IMG/VR virus record: IMGVR_UViG_3300046779_001206
Coordinates: 1-40,904 of that record
Reading direction: 5' to 3' (one strand)
Length of the DNA: 40,904 nt
Source: a virus
Lineage: Duplodnaviria; Caudoviricetes
Shown here: piece after piece, positions 17,973 through 25,795 of the stretch
Layout: the number at the start of each line of letters is the position of its first letter
Position numbering within the stretch: position 1 is the stretch's first letter
Made by a program: the position numbers and the translations under genes
Notes under the pieces: generated by a model
Databases searched by the model: none
What the model was told of the DNA's origin: nothing
What the model saw: only the letters and a program-made list of their open reading frames with translations

Positions 17973-18263
17973 TCACTTTTTACCGGTGTAAACTTCGGTC
18001 TTTGTCAAACTACCTTTGCGTGGGTTTGACGCGCCTGGGTTACCACTGGTCTTTGGCTTACCTTGGATGCCACCTGGACCGTAAACGGATGGTGATACCA
18101 CTGTGCCTTTACGAGGGTTTGACGCACCTGGGGCACCTTTACCTGCTGATGTCGCTGGATTTGTAGCGCCGCCAAACATAGCGACTTTATCTAGCGAACC
18201 ACTGCGAGGATTAGATGAACCTGGAGCACCCGTCTTTGGGCTTGCTGTTGGTTTTGCTTTCAT
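17973..18263 (-). CDS. Small basic Gly/Pro/Lys-rich protein with three internal repeats
   Basis: G(A/N)PG(S/A)SNPR(S/K)G x3; AAGGA SD. Confidence 0.7.
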   Translation of the reverse strand: MKAKPTASPKTGAPGSSNPRSGSLDKVAMFGGATNPATSAGKGAPGASNPRKGTVVSPSVYGPGGIQGKPKTSGNPGASNPRKGSLTKTEVYTGKK

Positions 18264-18348
18264 GTGATTTCCTTGTCTGTTGTGCTAACCATTACTGGCT
18301 AAAAGTTAATAATGGCACAAACAACATTACTAACAGTATATAATATAT

Positions 18349-18708
18349 TTATTCTTGCTCTTCGGCTTCTTGCTTTAGAGCTTGTTCTACGATTTCTTTT
18401 TGTGCGATCTTGTTATCTAGCACGGCACATACCTGACGTAGAGCACGGCGTTGAACCCTGACCCACTGAATATGGTCAGCGGCTCCTGGCATTGTATCTT
18501 CAATACTGTCTAACTGTGACTCTAGTGACAAATACATTTCAGCAACTGCTTCCTGGAAGATGGGATTGCTCATTAGTGTTTGAGAACGGGCGCCGTCAGC
18601 AATGATATTGTGCTGACGAAACTTCTCAGCGTTGTAGTCGTCAGGGAATCTGATGCCTTGATCTGATTCCGTGAAGAAAATGTTTAGGACTTTTTGTTTA
18701 AAACTCAT
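18349..18708 (-). CDS. Hypothetical helical protein following portal (119 aa)
   Basis: ARSQTLMSNPIFQEAV resembles small post-portal proteins of podoviruses; CTAAATA 5 nt before ATG. Confidence 0.7.
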   Translation of the reverse strand: MSFKQKVLNIFFTESDQGIRFPDDYNAEKFRQHNIIADGARSQTLMSNPIFQEAVAEMYLSLESQLDSIEDTMPGAADHIQWVRVQRRALRQVCAVLDNKIAQKEIVEQALKQEAEEQE

Positions 18709-18716
18709 GGTACTAT

Positions 18717-20924
18717 TTAGACGGTAGTAGTAGCCTGTCCAATGTTTCTGCCCATTAACTGTTGACGAATGACTTCAGCTTCTAATTGAGCTTTGAGAGC
18801 TTCAGCTTCTGCCTTCTTGGCCTTAGCTTGTTGCTCTTGAGCTTGTGCTTCTAGTTGATCAGCTTGAGCTTTCATCATAGCCATGTTCAACTGTTGTGTT
18901 TGCTGTTGTGTTTGATCTTGTGCTGCGGCTTGTGCTGCCTGTTGCTGTTGCTGTAACAAGTTCTGATAGAATTCTTGGAACTCTTCACGTGTCATTAGCT
19001 TTTGATCAGGATCATAACCTAGTGATGAGATTTGTGTGCGGAATGCTTCATACATCTTAGGTAAGAGGTTAGGTAAGGTACCGCCACTCATAGCTTGGTT
19101 AAATGCCGCAAAGATTTGTAACAACATAGTTGACTTCTGTTGTTTGTAATCTGGTGAATCAACACCTAAGCCTACGTTAACTTGGAAGTCCTCACGCTCA
19201 CGCCATTCGCCAATTTGGAAACGACCATGATCAATACTTGGCTTGCCTGTTACTTTGATGAATCTGTCTTTGACTGAAGGGTGATCAGCATCTTGCATTA
19301 GGAACCAGTAGATGATACGGAACAATGGCTTAACCGCAGTTTCACCATAACACATAATGTAGTCTTCAATCTGAACATCCTGCTCCCGCTTTTGAATCAT
19401 AGCAGTAGTAGCAGGGTTTGAAGTCTGACCTTCACGTTGTACCTGATCGTTGAGTGAGTTTACACCTACTTGAGCACTACGTTGTGCGTCTAACATCTGG
19501 AACAAGCCAGCTGTCATTTGTGATGGCTCTGGCTTAGGAATAGGGAACACACTGTCACTTAGTGGGCCACTAATAGCTAGTGGTTGTCCCTGCTCGTTCT
19601 GACCATAAGGAATGATACCAGGTGAGCCTTCAATTAGTTTACGCTGACCAGTTAGTGGGAACGCACCACTCTTAGCAATGATTTGTAGGTTAGTGCGATC
19701 TTGTTGTGCTTTAATATCACCACGAATCATAGCTGTCTTAGCTAGTGTAGAGTCCTTAGCACGTTCAACAATGGTAATCTCATCAGGACGATGTGGGTCA
19801 CGATTGAGGTTAGGTAGAACAAATGGAATAGGACCATCGTGATATTCATTCTCTAGGATGGTGTTGTCTACAATAGCAAAGTGACGCCACTCAGCGATAC
19901 CATCAGCATCAAAGTCATAGCGAATATAGCCTTCAATGACCATTGATACTTTCATTGTGCTGTCAAATGTAGCAGGACGTGAAGTAATGTTGAGTGTATT
20001 GTGAACACGGCGACGATACTGTTTCTCGTTACTAAAGTTAGTGTTGTATGATGTAGCAACTGAACCTAGGTCTTCAGGGAAATCACGCGCATCTGGCCAC
20101 ATTTCAAAGATATCTGTGCGTGGAATGAATCGGCGCTGACAAACAAACTTAGCAGTATCAATAGAGGTTGCCTCTTTGTCCATTAGAAATTCTTCTGGCG
20201 GTACTACTAGAATAGGGAAAGCTACTTCGTACTGTGTAATCTCAAAGTGTGCTGTAAACTCTTTGCGTTCGTTTTGTACATCGCTACCGGGTATTGCTTC
20301 CTGATAGGTCTCTTCCTTTACCTCCAACAATTTCCATTCACGGTAACGTGCTTGTGAATTAGTAGCAACAATAACCTTAGCAGCATCTTCAGCTTCAGAC
20401 ATGGTGTACACATCAGGCAATACCATCTCATTGAAGTAAGTGCGAGTGCGTTCATCACGATACACACGCATTACGCCACCGAATGGATACTTGGCTGCCG
20501 ACTTGATTGAATCACGAAGGATCAATTTGCCACTATTCTGATTGAACAGGATGTTACGAACCATCTCAGTAGCTTGTTCTGCCGCTTCAATATCGTCGTC
20601 TCCAATAGCTGTAGCCTCTACACAGTCTTCAGCGTAGAAAGCTGAAGCAACCTGTGACACAACACGGTCAACTGCTGGTTGTACATCGTTGATGATGATG
20701 CGTGGGCCGTTTGAGTTAGGACGTAGGCGGTCAGCTGGCACGTTGTCATAGAAGGTATCAGCTTCCCGACGAACGATTGAAACAGTGTCTGCGTAAACGT
20801 TGATAGCTACGCCTATCCACTGTTTGATTTGATTTAAGAATGTTGAATCACGGTGATCTTGGTTAATAACCAATGTACCGCTGGTTGAGCCCATGGGCTG
20901 TGAAGGTGTTTTTGCTATTGCCAT
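18717..20924 (-). CDS. Portal protein (P22-like, 735 aa)
   Basis: DDIEAAEQATEMV, VPPEEFLMD..A.SID.AKFV, YIRYDFDADGIAE, PF motif and Gln-rich C-terminal barrel; downstream of TerL. Confidence 0.9.
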   Translation of the reverse strand: MAIAKTPSQPMGSTSGTLVINQDHRDSTFLNQIKQWIGVAINVYADTVSIVRREADTFYDNVPADRLRPNSNGPRIIINDVQPAVDRVVSQVASAFYAEDCVEATAIGDDDIEAAEQATEMVRNILFNQNSGKLILRDSIKSAAKYPFGGVMRVYRDERTRTYFNEMVLPDVYTMSEAEDAAKVIVATNSQARYREWKLLEVKEETYQEAIPGSDVQNERKEFTAHFEITQYEVAFPILVVPPEEFLMDKEATSIDTAKFVCQRRFIPRTDIFEMWPDARDFPEDLGSVATSYNTNFSNEKQYRRRVHNTLNITSRPATFDSTMKVSMVIEGYIRYDFDADGIAEWRHFAIVDNTILENEYHDGPIPFVLPNLNRDPHRPDEITIVERAKDSTLAKTAMIRGDIKAQQDRTNLQIIAKSGAFPLTGQRKLIEGSPGIIPYGQNEQGQPLAISGPLSDSVFPIPKPEPSQMTAGLFQMLDAQRSAQVGVNSLNDQVQREGQTSNPATTAMIQKREQDVQIEDYIMCYGETAVKPLFRIIYWFLMQDADHPSVKDRFIKVTGKPSIDHGRFQIGEWREREDFQVNVGLGVDSPDYKQQKSTMLLQIFAAFNQAMSGGTLPNLLPKMYEAFRTQISSLGYDPDQKLMTREEFQEFYQNLLQQQQQAAQAAAQDQTQQQTQQLNMAMMKAQADQLEAQAQEQQAKAKKAEAEALKAQLEAEVIRQQLMGRNIGQATTTV

Positions 20925-20928
20925 AGTA

Positions 20929-21108
20929 TTATTTATCGTTCACTGGTCTGGCGGCTTGGGAAGCCAGTCTGTTGATCATCACGGTCATTATGCCAATAAC
21001 TTCAACGTTGCTAAGATCGTCATACATTTCAACTAACATACCCATCTGCTTGTATAGGTTGTTGAGGTCCTGATTGTGACGCTCTATGTGTTGTTCTAAT
21101 TCATCCAT
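20929..21108 (-). CDS. Small hypothetical protein (59 aa; not in ORF track)
   Basis: MDELEQHIERHNQDL...RPVNDK exactly fills the TerL-portal gap. Confidence 0.6.
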   Translation of the reverse strand: MDELEQHIERHNQDLNNLYKQMGMLVEMYDDLSNVEVIGIMTVMINRLASQAARPVNDK

Positions 21109-21109
21109 A

Positions 21110-22672
21110 TTAGTATGTATTCATTTGATAATTGTCAATGAAGTGGCGATCCCGATGATAGCTCATCTCGTCAATGTCAGCTACGGTAGTGCGGCCGAAT
21201 CGTTCAATGGATAGGGCACCGTAACGCATAGCATCAATAGCATGGTCACTGCCACGGAAGTTAACTTTACCATTGCCACTAGTTTCAGTATGGTACTGAC
21301 GCATCTCTTCAATGAGGCCAACACAGTGAGAGCTGATACGGAACTTGCCTAGTCTAATCTTTTGAATGATGTATTGAAGACCGTAGTCAATCCCTCGAGA
21401 CCCATCAGGGTTTGTAAAGGATTCAGGCACGGTGTTGATACCATACTTGTTTGTTAACTCAACGATGGCTGATTCTGTTTCAGTATAGCCCTTACGCTTG
21501 CCGTCTGGTGGCCAAGCCATTGGAATATCTTTGCCTCGTGCTAAGATTTGTGGCGCATACTCAATAGGTGTTTGATTCTTTACAATGACTTCATCGTAGA
21601 CCACAATGGTATCTGTTCGTTCATCCCAATACATCCAAATGATAACAGTGGGATCAGGATTACGGCCAAAGTCAATAGCACATAGGCGTTTGTACCACGG
21701 TTGTATTTGAGGTGGATCACGGAGTATCATCGCATCAAAGTCAATCTGGAATACAGCGCCAGTACCAGCCATTGGAATACCCTTAGTGCGAGCATCAATC
21801 TCGTATGGTAACCATGTTGAGATAAGCATGTCACGAGTCTTCTGATCTAACAGTTCAAGTGGCACATCGTCCCAACTGTAGCGAACCATGCCGTGATTGG
21901 CTTCCTTATTCCAGAATCGTTTGATCATGGGAGTCCAGCCTACTAACGGTGTCGCCGACAAATACAATCTGCCCTCTTGGCCCGTGGGTGTCTGAGCAAG
22001 AGCACGAACCAGCTCCGACACAATCTCATCATCACTTGGTTGTTCGTCAAGCCAGATTACGTCAGCTTTACCACCCTGTAGCACAGCACGATCTTGTTCG
22101 TATGAGGCAGTAATGATCATTGATCGTGTGCCGCTCATATGTTTGATCTGGCAACCACCGATAGCACGTTTGTCTGCGCCTGTTACGATACTATCCATAA
22201 CAATGAGATCACGTGGTATCAGTCCACTGCCTAATGATATCTCTTCAGTCTTATCAGCGGTGCCGAACAGGGTTTCCTGAATAGCTTCACGAATCTGAGA
22301 TGAACTACTACCTGCTGCGATTAGCTTGATGCCGCTCTTATACTTGATATCAGTCCACCAGTCAGGGTAAATGCCTGTTAGATGGCAAGCAATAGCGAAT
22401 CCTACACTATATGATTTGCCACTACGATTAGAGGCGATAACAGCCTGTGCCATTGTGTGTAGATGATACAGTGGCCGTTGATAGTCAAATGGTTGGTAGT
22501 AGGCTAGTTTATTGTATTGACGCTGGTGTTGATAGTGAACAATCAGTTGGGCTAGGAGACGCTGTTGCTCAGGTGTATTAAGAGTGGTGTAATCAATGCC
22601 TCTAGCCTTGATAACGCATTGAGCGTCTTTCAAGGCTAGGTCAAACAGTTGATCTTTAGATAGTAGGCTCAT
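21110..22672 (-). CDS. terL: Terminase large subunit
   Basis: Walker A ASNRSGKS, Walker B VIWLDE, motif III SATP, nuclease AIDFG and DHAIDAMRY; probable start MSLLSK at 22672. Confidence 0.95.
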   Translation of the reverse strand: MSLLSKDQLFDLALKDAQCVIKARGIDYTTLNTPEQQRLLAQLIVHYQHQRQYNKLAYYQPFDYQRPLYHLHTMAQAVIASNRSGKSYSVGFAIACHLTGIYPDWWTDIKYKSGIKLIAAGSSSSQIREAIQETLFGTADKTEEISLGSGLIPRDLIVMDSIVTGADKRAIGGCQIKHMSGTRSMIITASYEQDRAVLQGGKADVIWLDEQPSDDEIVSELVRALAQTPTGQEGRLYLSATPLVGWTPMIKRFWNKEANHGMVRYSWDDVPLELLDQKTRDMLISTWLPYEIDARTKGIPMAGTGAVFQIDFDAMILRDPPQIQPWYKRLCAIDFGRNPDPTVIIWMYWDERTDTIVVYDEVIVKNQTPIEYAPQILARGKDIPMAWPPDGKRKGYTETESAIVELTNKYGINTVPESFTNPDGSRGIDYGLQYIIQKIRLGKFRISSHCVGLIEEMRQYHTETSGNGKVNFRGSDHAIDAMRYGALSIERFGRTTVADIDEMSYHRDRHFIDNYQMNTY

Positions 22673-22683
22673 TGAGGACGGTG

Positions 22684-22914
22684 TTAGAGGCTGACACAAC
22701 CTTTACCATCGTAGTGAACACTTAGTGTTTGTGATGTGTATGGTGTTAAAAAGGTCATTGAATATCTGCCAGCTGGTCGGCCCTGGAACTGGTCAGCATA
22801 GTTTTGAATATCGTCTAACGCACGGTTGACAACGATTGGCTCAAAGGTGGTGGGAGCCTGGGCTACCGTGGCCACTGTTGTTTTTTCTACTTTGGTTGTT
22901 ACGCCTTTTACCAT
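22684..22914 (-). CDS. Hypothetical protein (76 aa)
   Basis: Tightly packed between TerS and TerL with AAGGA SD. Confidence 0.6.
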   Translation of the reverse strand: MVKGVTTKVEKTTVATVAQAPTTFEPIVVNRALDDIQNYADQFQGRPAGRYSMTFLTPYTSQTLSVHYDGKGCVSL

Positions 22915-22916
22915 GA

Positions 22917-23357
22917 TTATTCCTTATCTTGTTTGGTTTGTTCTTCAATTAGCACTGTGCTTTGAAGTTTAGCGAGGACATCATTGACCTCATCTTCTTG
23001 TTTGACCTTGACATCCATTACGGTGTCTGGTCTGCCTACTACACGGTCCCATACGGAGTTGAGGGCCTGAGGGTCACCTTGTTCAATAGCTTTAGTCATT
23101 ACCGAATGAACGGCCGCCTCCAGCATAATGGACCATTTGTCGCCATGTTGGTTAATAGTTTCTACCATTGCCTGTTTCATGGTCTTATCTCTCATGCGTT
23201 CTTTACGTTCGGCCATATGTTTTTCATATTCTTCGGGCGAGAGTGATGCTAACCAGGTGGCGTACGGTGGTTTATCTCCTGTCCATGGTTTGAGATTCTT
23301 CAAACTGTTTGGACTCATGTTGTGTTTTTTACGCAGTGAAAGATTTGTTGTTGCCAT
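22917..23357 (-). CDS. Putative terminase small subunit
   Basis: First gene of packaging operon; PNSLKNLKPW and AIEQGDPQA...WDRVVGRP are TerS-like motifs. Confidence 0.65.
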   Translation of the reverse strand: MATTNLSLRKKHNMSPNSLKNLKPWTGDKPPYATWLASLSPEEYEKHMAERKERMRDKTMKQAMVETINQHGDKWSIMLEAAVHSVMTKAIEQGDPQALNSVWDRVVGRPDTVMDVKVKQEDEVNDVLAKLQSTVLIEEQTKQDKE

Positions 23358-23362
23358 AAAAT

Positions 23363-23394
23363 GAAATCAGTAAAATTAGCCAGAAATCAGTAAA
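23363..23394. repeat. Direct repeat GAAATCAGTAAA x2 (20-bp period)
   Basis: 23363-23374 and 23383-23394; shares AAATCAGTA with the origin repeats. Confidence 0.75.
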
Positions 23395-23418
23395 GATTCT
23401 GTATTACATATTTAGCAT

Positions 23419-23453
23419 AAAAATAAAGCCGTAGTTTTTACGCTACGGCTTTA
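23419..23453 (-). terminator. Rho-independent terminator
   Basis: TAAAGCCGTAG-CGTAAAAA-CTACGGCTTTA followed by TTTTT; CTAAATA directly after it (23409-23415). Confidence 0.85.
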
Positions 23454-23705
23454 CCAAGGGCTGAATTACGAAACGCACCCTTGAATGTATCTCAACCTAT
23501 GAATTGGCTTTACAATGTCAAAAATATGATACATCCTGATTGTTTAAAGTGTAATCAAACACACTACCAGTTTAACTAGAAGTTAGACATAAAAGGACGG
23601 TAGTTTTAAGTTATACTCAAACTATTATGAAATAGACATTTTTGTGTGGTGTCCATCACCGGAAATATCCTACAGGAACTACTATGCAACAAGAACTATT
23701 TCCGT
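23419..23705 (-). ncRNA. Candidate multi-hairpin small RNA (~285 nt)
   Basis: Bounded by GATAAATA (23711-23718) and a strong terminator; no long ORF; several inverted repeats. Confidence 0.55.
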
Positions 23706-23713
23706 ATGTGTAT

Positions 23714-24031
23714 TTATCTGATTACTCGGCGCTTCTTGTATTTTACCACGGTATTTGACGGTTTCTGACCGTAGCCGCTACCGTAGCCGCTACCGTAGCA
23801 GTGGACGCGGCGCACTGATCTGCCAGGTGGGCGAGGCTGACGTTGACGATTGATAGGTGGTCTGGCAACGCCTTCTTTTAGGGTAACTTGAGTAACTCTA
23901 CCAGCTGGGGTAGCCTTAATATCAAAATGTGGCTGACTGTAGTATTGGTCCATTTCTAGATGGATCTGGTCGACATCTATTTTATGGCGCTGAATTAAGT
24001 ATTGTAGTAGGACGTGAGCAGTGTATTTCAT
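23714..24031 (-). CDS. Small basic hypothetical protein (105 aa)
   Basis: CTAAATA (24050-24056) plus AAGGAG SD; Arg/Lys-rich C-terminal half; YGSG repeats encoded by a 12-bp tandem repeat at 23768-23799. Confidence 0.65.
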   Translation of the reverse strand: MKYTAHVLLQYLIQRHKIDVDQIHLEMDQYYSQPHFDIKATPAGRVTQVTLKEGVARPPINRQRQPRPPGRSVRRVHCYGSGYGSGYGQKPSNTVVKYKKRRVIR

Positions 24032-24080
24032 TAGTGGTTCTCCTTGTAATATTTAGCACCTCCAGAACATCCGGTTAATA

Positions 24081-24373
24081 ATCAGTATGAAGTATGTAAG
24101 TATGACAATATCACAAACTTTGCATGCATACGTATTATTATGTTTTATGCAAATCTCATACTGATCATACTGATTTCATAAAAAACTGCGTTCCAGACCA
24201 CTCCAGAGCACTTTTTGCCGAAAAAAATCAGTATGACCGTCAATTTCTCATACTGATTTTCATACTGATTCACCATTTTCATACTGATTTTCACACTGAT
24301 TTCGCACTTATTGTCCCAAAACCTCTTGACGGTCATACTGATTTTCAGTATAATAAGTACATTACACACTGAT
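24081..24373. repeat. Iteron-like cluster, putative replication origin
   Basis: Ten CA(T/C)ACTGAT cores: forward at 24157, 24166, 24249, 24261, 24280, 24292, 24334, 24365; inverted at 24081, 24227. Perfect 20-bp inverted repeat 24224-24243/24326-24345. Adjacent to helicase gene. Confidence 0.85.
24326..24354 (+). promoter_or_regulatory. sigma70-type promoter for replication operon
   Basis: TTGACG-N17-TATAAT. A second TATAAT at 24424-24429 overlaps ATAAATA at 24428-24434. Confidence 0.8.
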
Positions 24374-24434
24374 ACCTATATTAGTAATTCATCCAAAAAA
24401 CTTTACTTTTGTCGGTATTAGAGTATAATAAATA

Positions 24435-24540
24435 CTGTGATAGCAATATCATAGCTCTTTGTGAACTAGAAGACAGCCCTTTGGTCGGGGCTGTTCTTCA
24501 CCCTAGACCAAGGCAGTTCGCACTAAGAGACAATAGTTCA
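24435..24540 (+). promoter_or_regulatory. Structured 5' leader of helicase gene
   Basis: GCAA-tetraloop hairpin 24435-24454, then a three-way junction 24455-24529 with complementary loops TTGGTC/GACCAA. Confidence 0.65.
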
Positions 24541-24559
24541 TCATATAAAAGGAGCACAA

Positions 24560-25795
24560 ATGAACACTCAATCACAACACATTCTTAACTTTGCGCCCAT
24601 CCAATGGAAGGACGTAAATGACCGCAACAGACCACTACTAACCAGAGCAAACGTAGAGTTAGTATTAACCAGAAACAACATCACAATCCGATACAATCAA
24701 ATGGTTCGTAAGATAGAGATCGTGGTACCAGGCCTACAAACCATGGACTATGGCAGTGAGCAAGTAGCTTATCAACATCTGGTAGACCTAATCAACATGA
24801 ATGCCTTGCCAATGAATAGCAACCTTTTAGACGGCATCATCAATGCTATCGGCTTTCTAAATCAGTATCACCCAGTTCGGGAAGCTATTGACAGCGTTCA
24901 ATGGGACGGCCAGCCACGTATTGCAGCAGTCCTAGACTGTATTCAAACTACCAAAACACACGAGCGAGATATCTTTATGACTCGTTGGTTGATCTCGGCT
25001 GTTGCCGCACTCTATGAACCAACATTCCGCGCAGAAGGTGTGTTAGTGCTACAAGGCAAGCAAGGCATTCGCAAGACTTCATTCTTCAAAAGTATCCTAC
25101 CGGTGACTGGTGCGTATCGTGAGGGTGCTACATTGAACGCCGGCAACAAAGACTCAGTAATGATTACAACCGGAGCATGGGTTGTAGAACTGGGCGAATT
25201 AGGCCACACATTTCGCAAGTCAGACATTGATGCGCTTAAACAGTTTATTACAACAGAAGAAGACTCATATCGTGCGCCATATGGTCGCACAGTAATATCT
25301 TATAAGCGCCGTAACGTGTTTATCGGTACAGTAAACGATGAACAATTCTTAACCGACACTGAAAACAGACGGTACTGGACCATTCCAGTTGACGCTATTG
25401 AGATGTACAGCGGTGATGTACTTCAACTATGGGCAGAAGTAAAGAATCTGTATGAGAGTGGCCAACAATGGTGGTTAACCGAAGACGAACGCAATATGTT
25501 AGCAGTTGCGCAAAAGACATTTGAAGTTAAGACTCCGATTGAAGATATCTTATCTGGCCGTATTGACCCCAATGGTAGTGAGCGTGAGATGAACGCTACA
25601 TTACTCTTACAAGAATTCGGCATTAATAACCCAACTAAGTCTGAACGTTCGGATGCTGTTAAGTATCTACGCAAGATTGGTTGCCCATTCCTAACAACTT
25701 CGGCTAAGTACCGCTTCTCTATCGTGTCTGATACAGATAACGATCTACGAGACAAGCTAAGAGTACTAACTAACTTTAAGAATAAGGGTCTATAA
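24560..25795 (+). CDS. VapE-like (virulence-associated E) SF3 helicase/ATPase
   Basis: YHPVRE..DS..WDG.PR, Walker A LQGKQGIRKT, Walker B VVELGE, YRAPYGR, GTVN...FL.D..NRRYW; AAGGAG SD. Confidence 0.9.
   Translation: MNTQSQHILNFAPIQWKDVNDRNRPLLTRANVELVLTRNNITIRYNQMVRKIEIVVPGLQTMDYGSEQVAYQHLVDLINMNALPMNSNLLDGIINAIGFLNQYHPVREAIDSVQWDGQPRIAAVLDCIQTTKTHERDIFMTRWLISAVAALYEPTFRAEGVLVLQGKQGIRKTSFFKSILPVTGAYREGATLNAGNKDSVMITTGAWVVELGELGHTFRKSDIDALKQFITTEEDSYRAPYGRTVISYKRRNVFIGTVNDEQFLTDTENRRYWTIPVDAIEMYSGDVLQLWAEVKNLYESGQQWWLTEDERNMLAVAQKTFEVKTPIEDILSGRIDPNGSEREMNATLLLQEFGINNPTKSERSDAVKYLRKIGCPFLTTSAKYRFSIVSDTDNDLRDKLRVLTNFKNKGL

Noticed and set aside
24124-24372. ORFs 24124-24372 (+) and 24145-24369 (-)
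   Set aside because: Their HTDF/ISM periodicity just reflects the DNA repeats; no SD; they overlap the promoter.
24081-24373. CRISPR or mini-CRISPR array
   Set aside because: Repeats are only 9-14 bp, irregularly spaced and in both orientations; no spacer-length intervals or cas genes.
24480-24532. HDV-like ribozyme in helicase leader
   Set aside because: A pseudoknot and a CTAA segment are suggestive, but I could not build a proper P1/P3/L3 arrangement.
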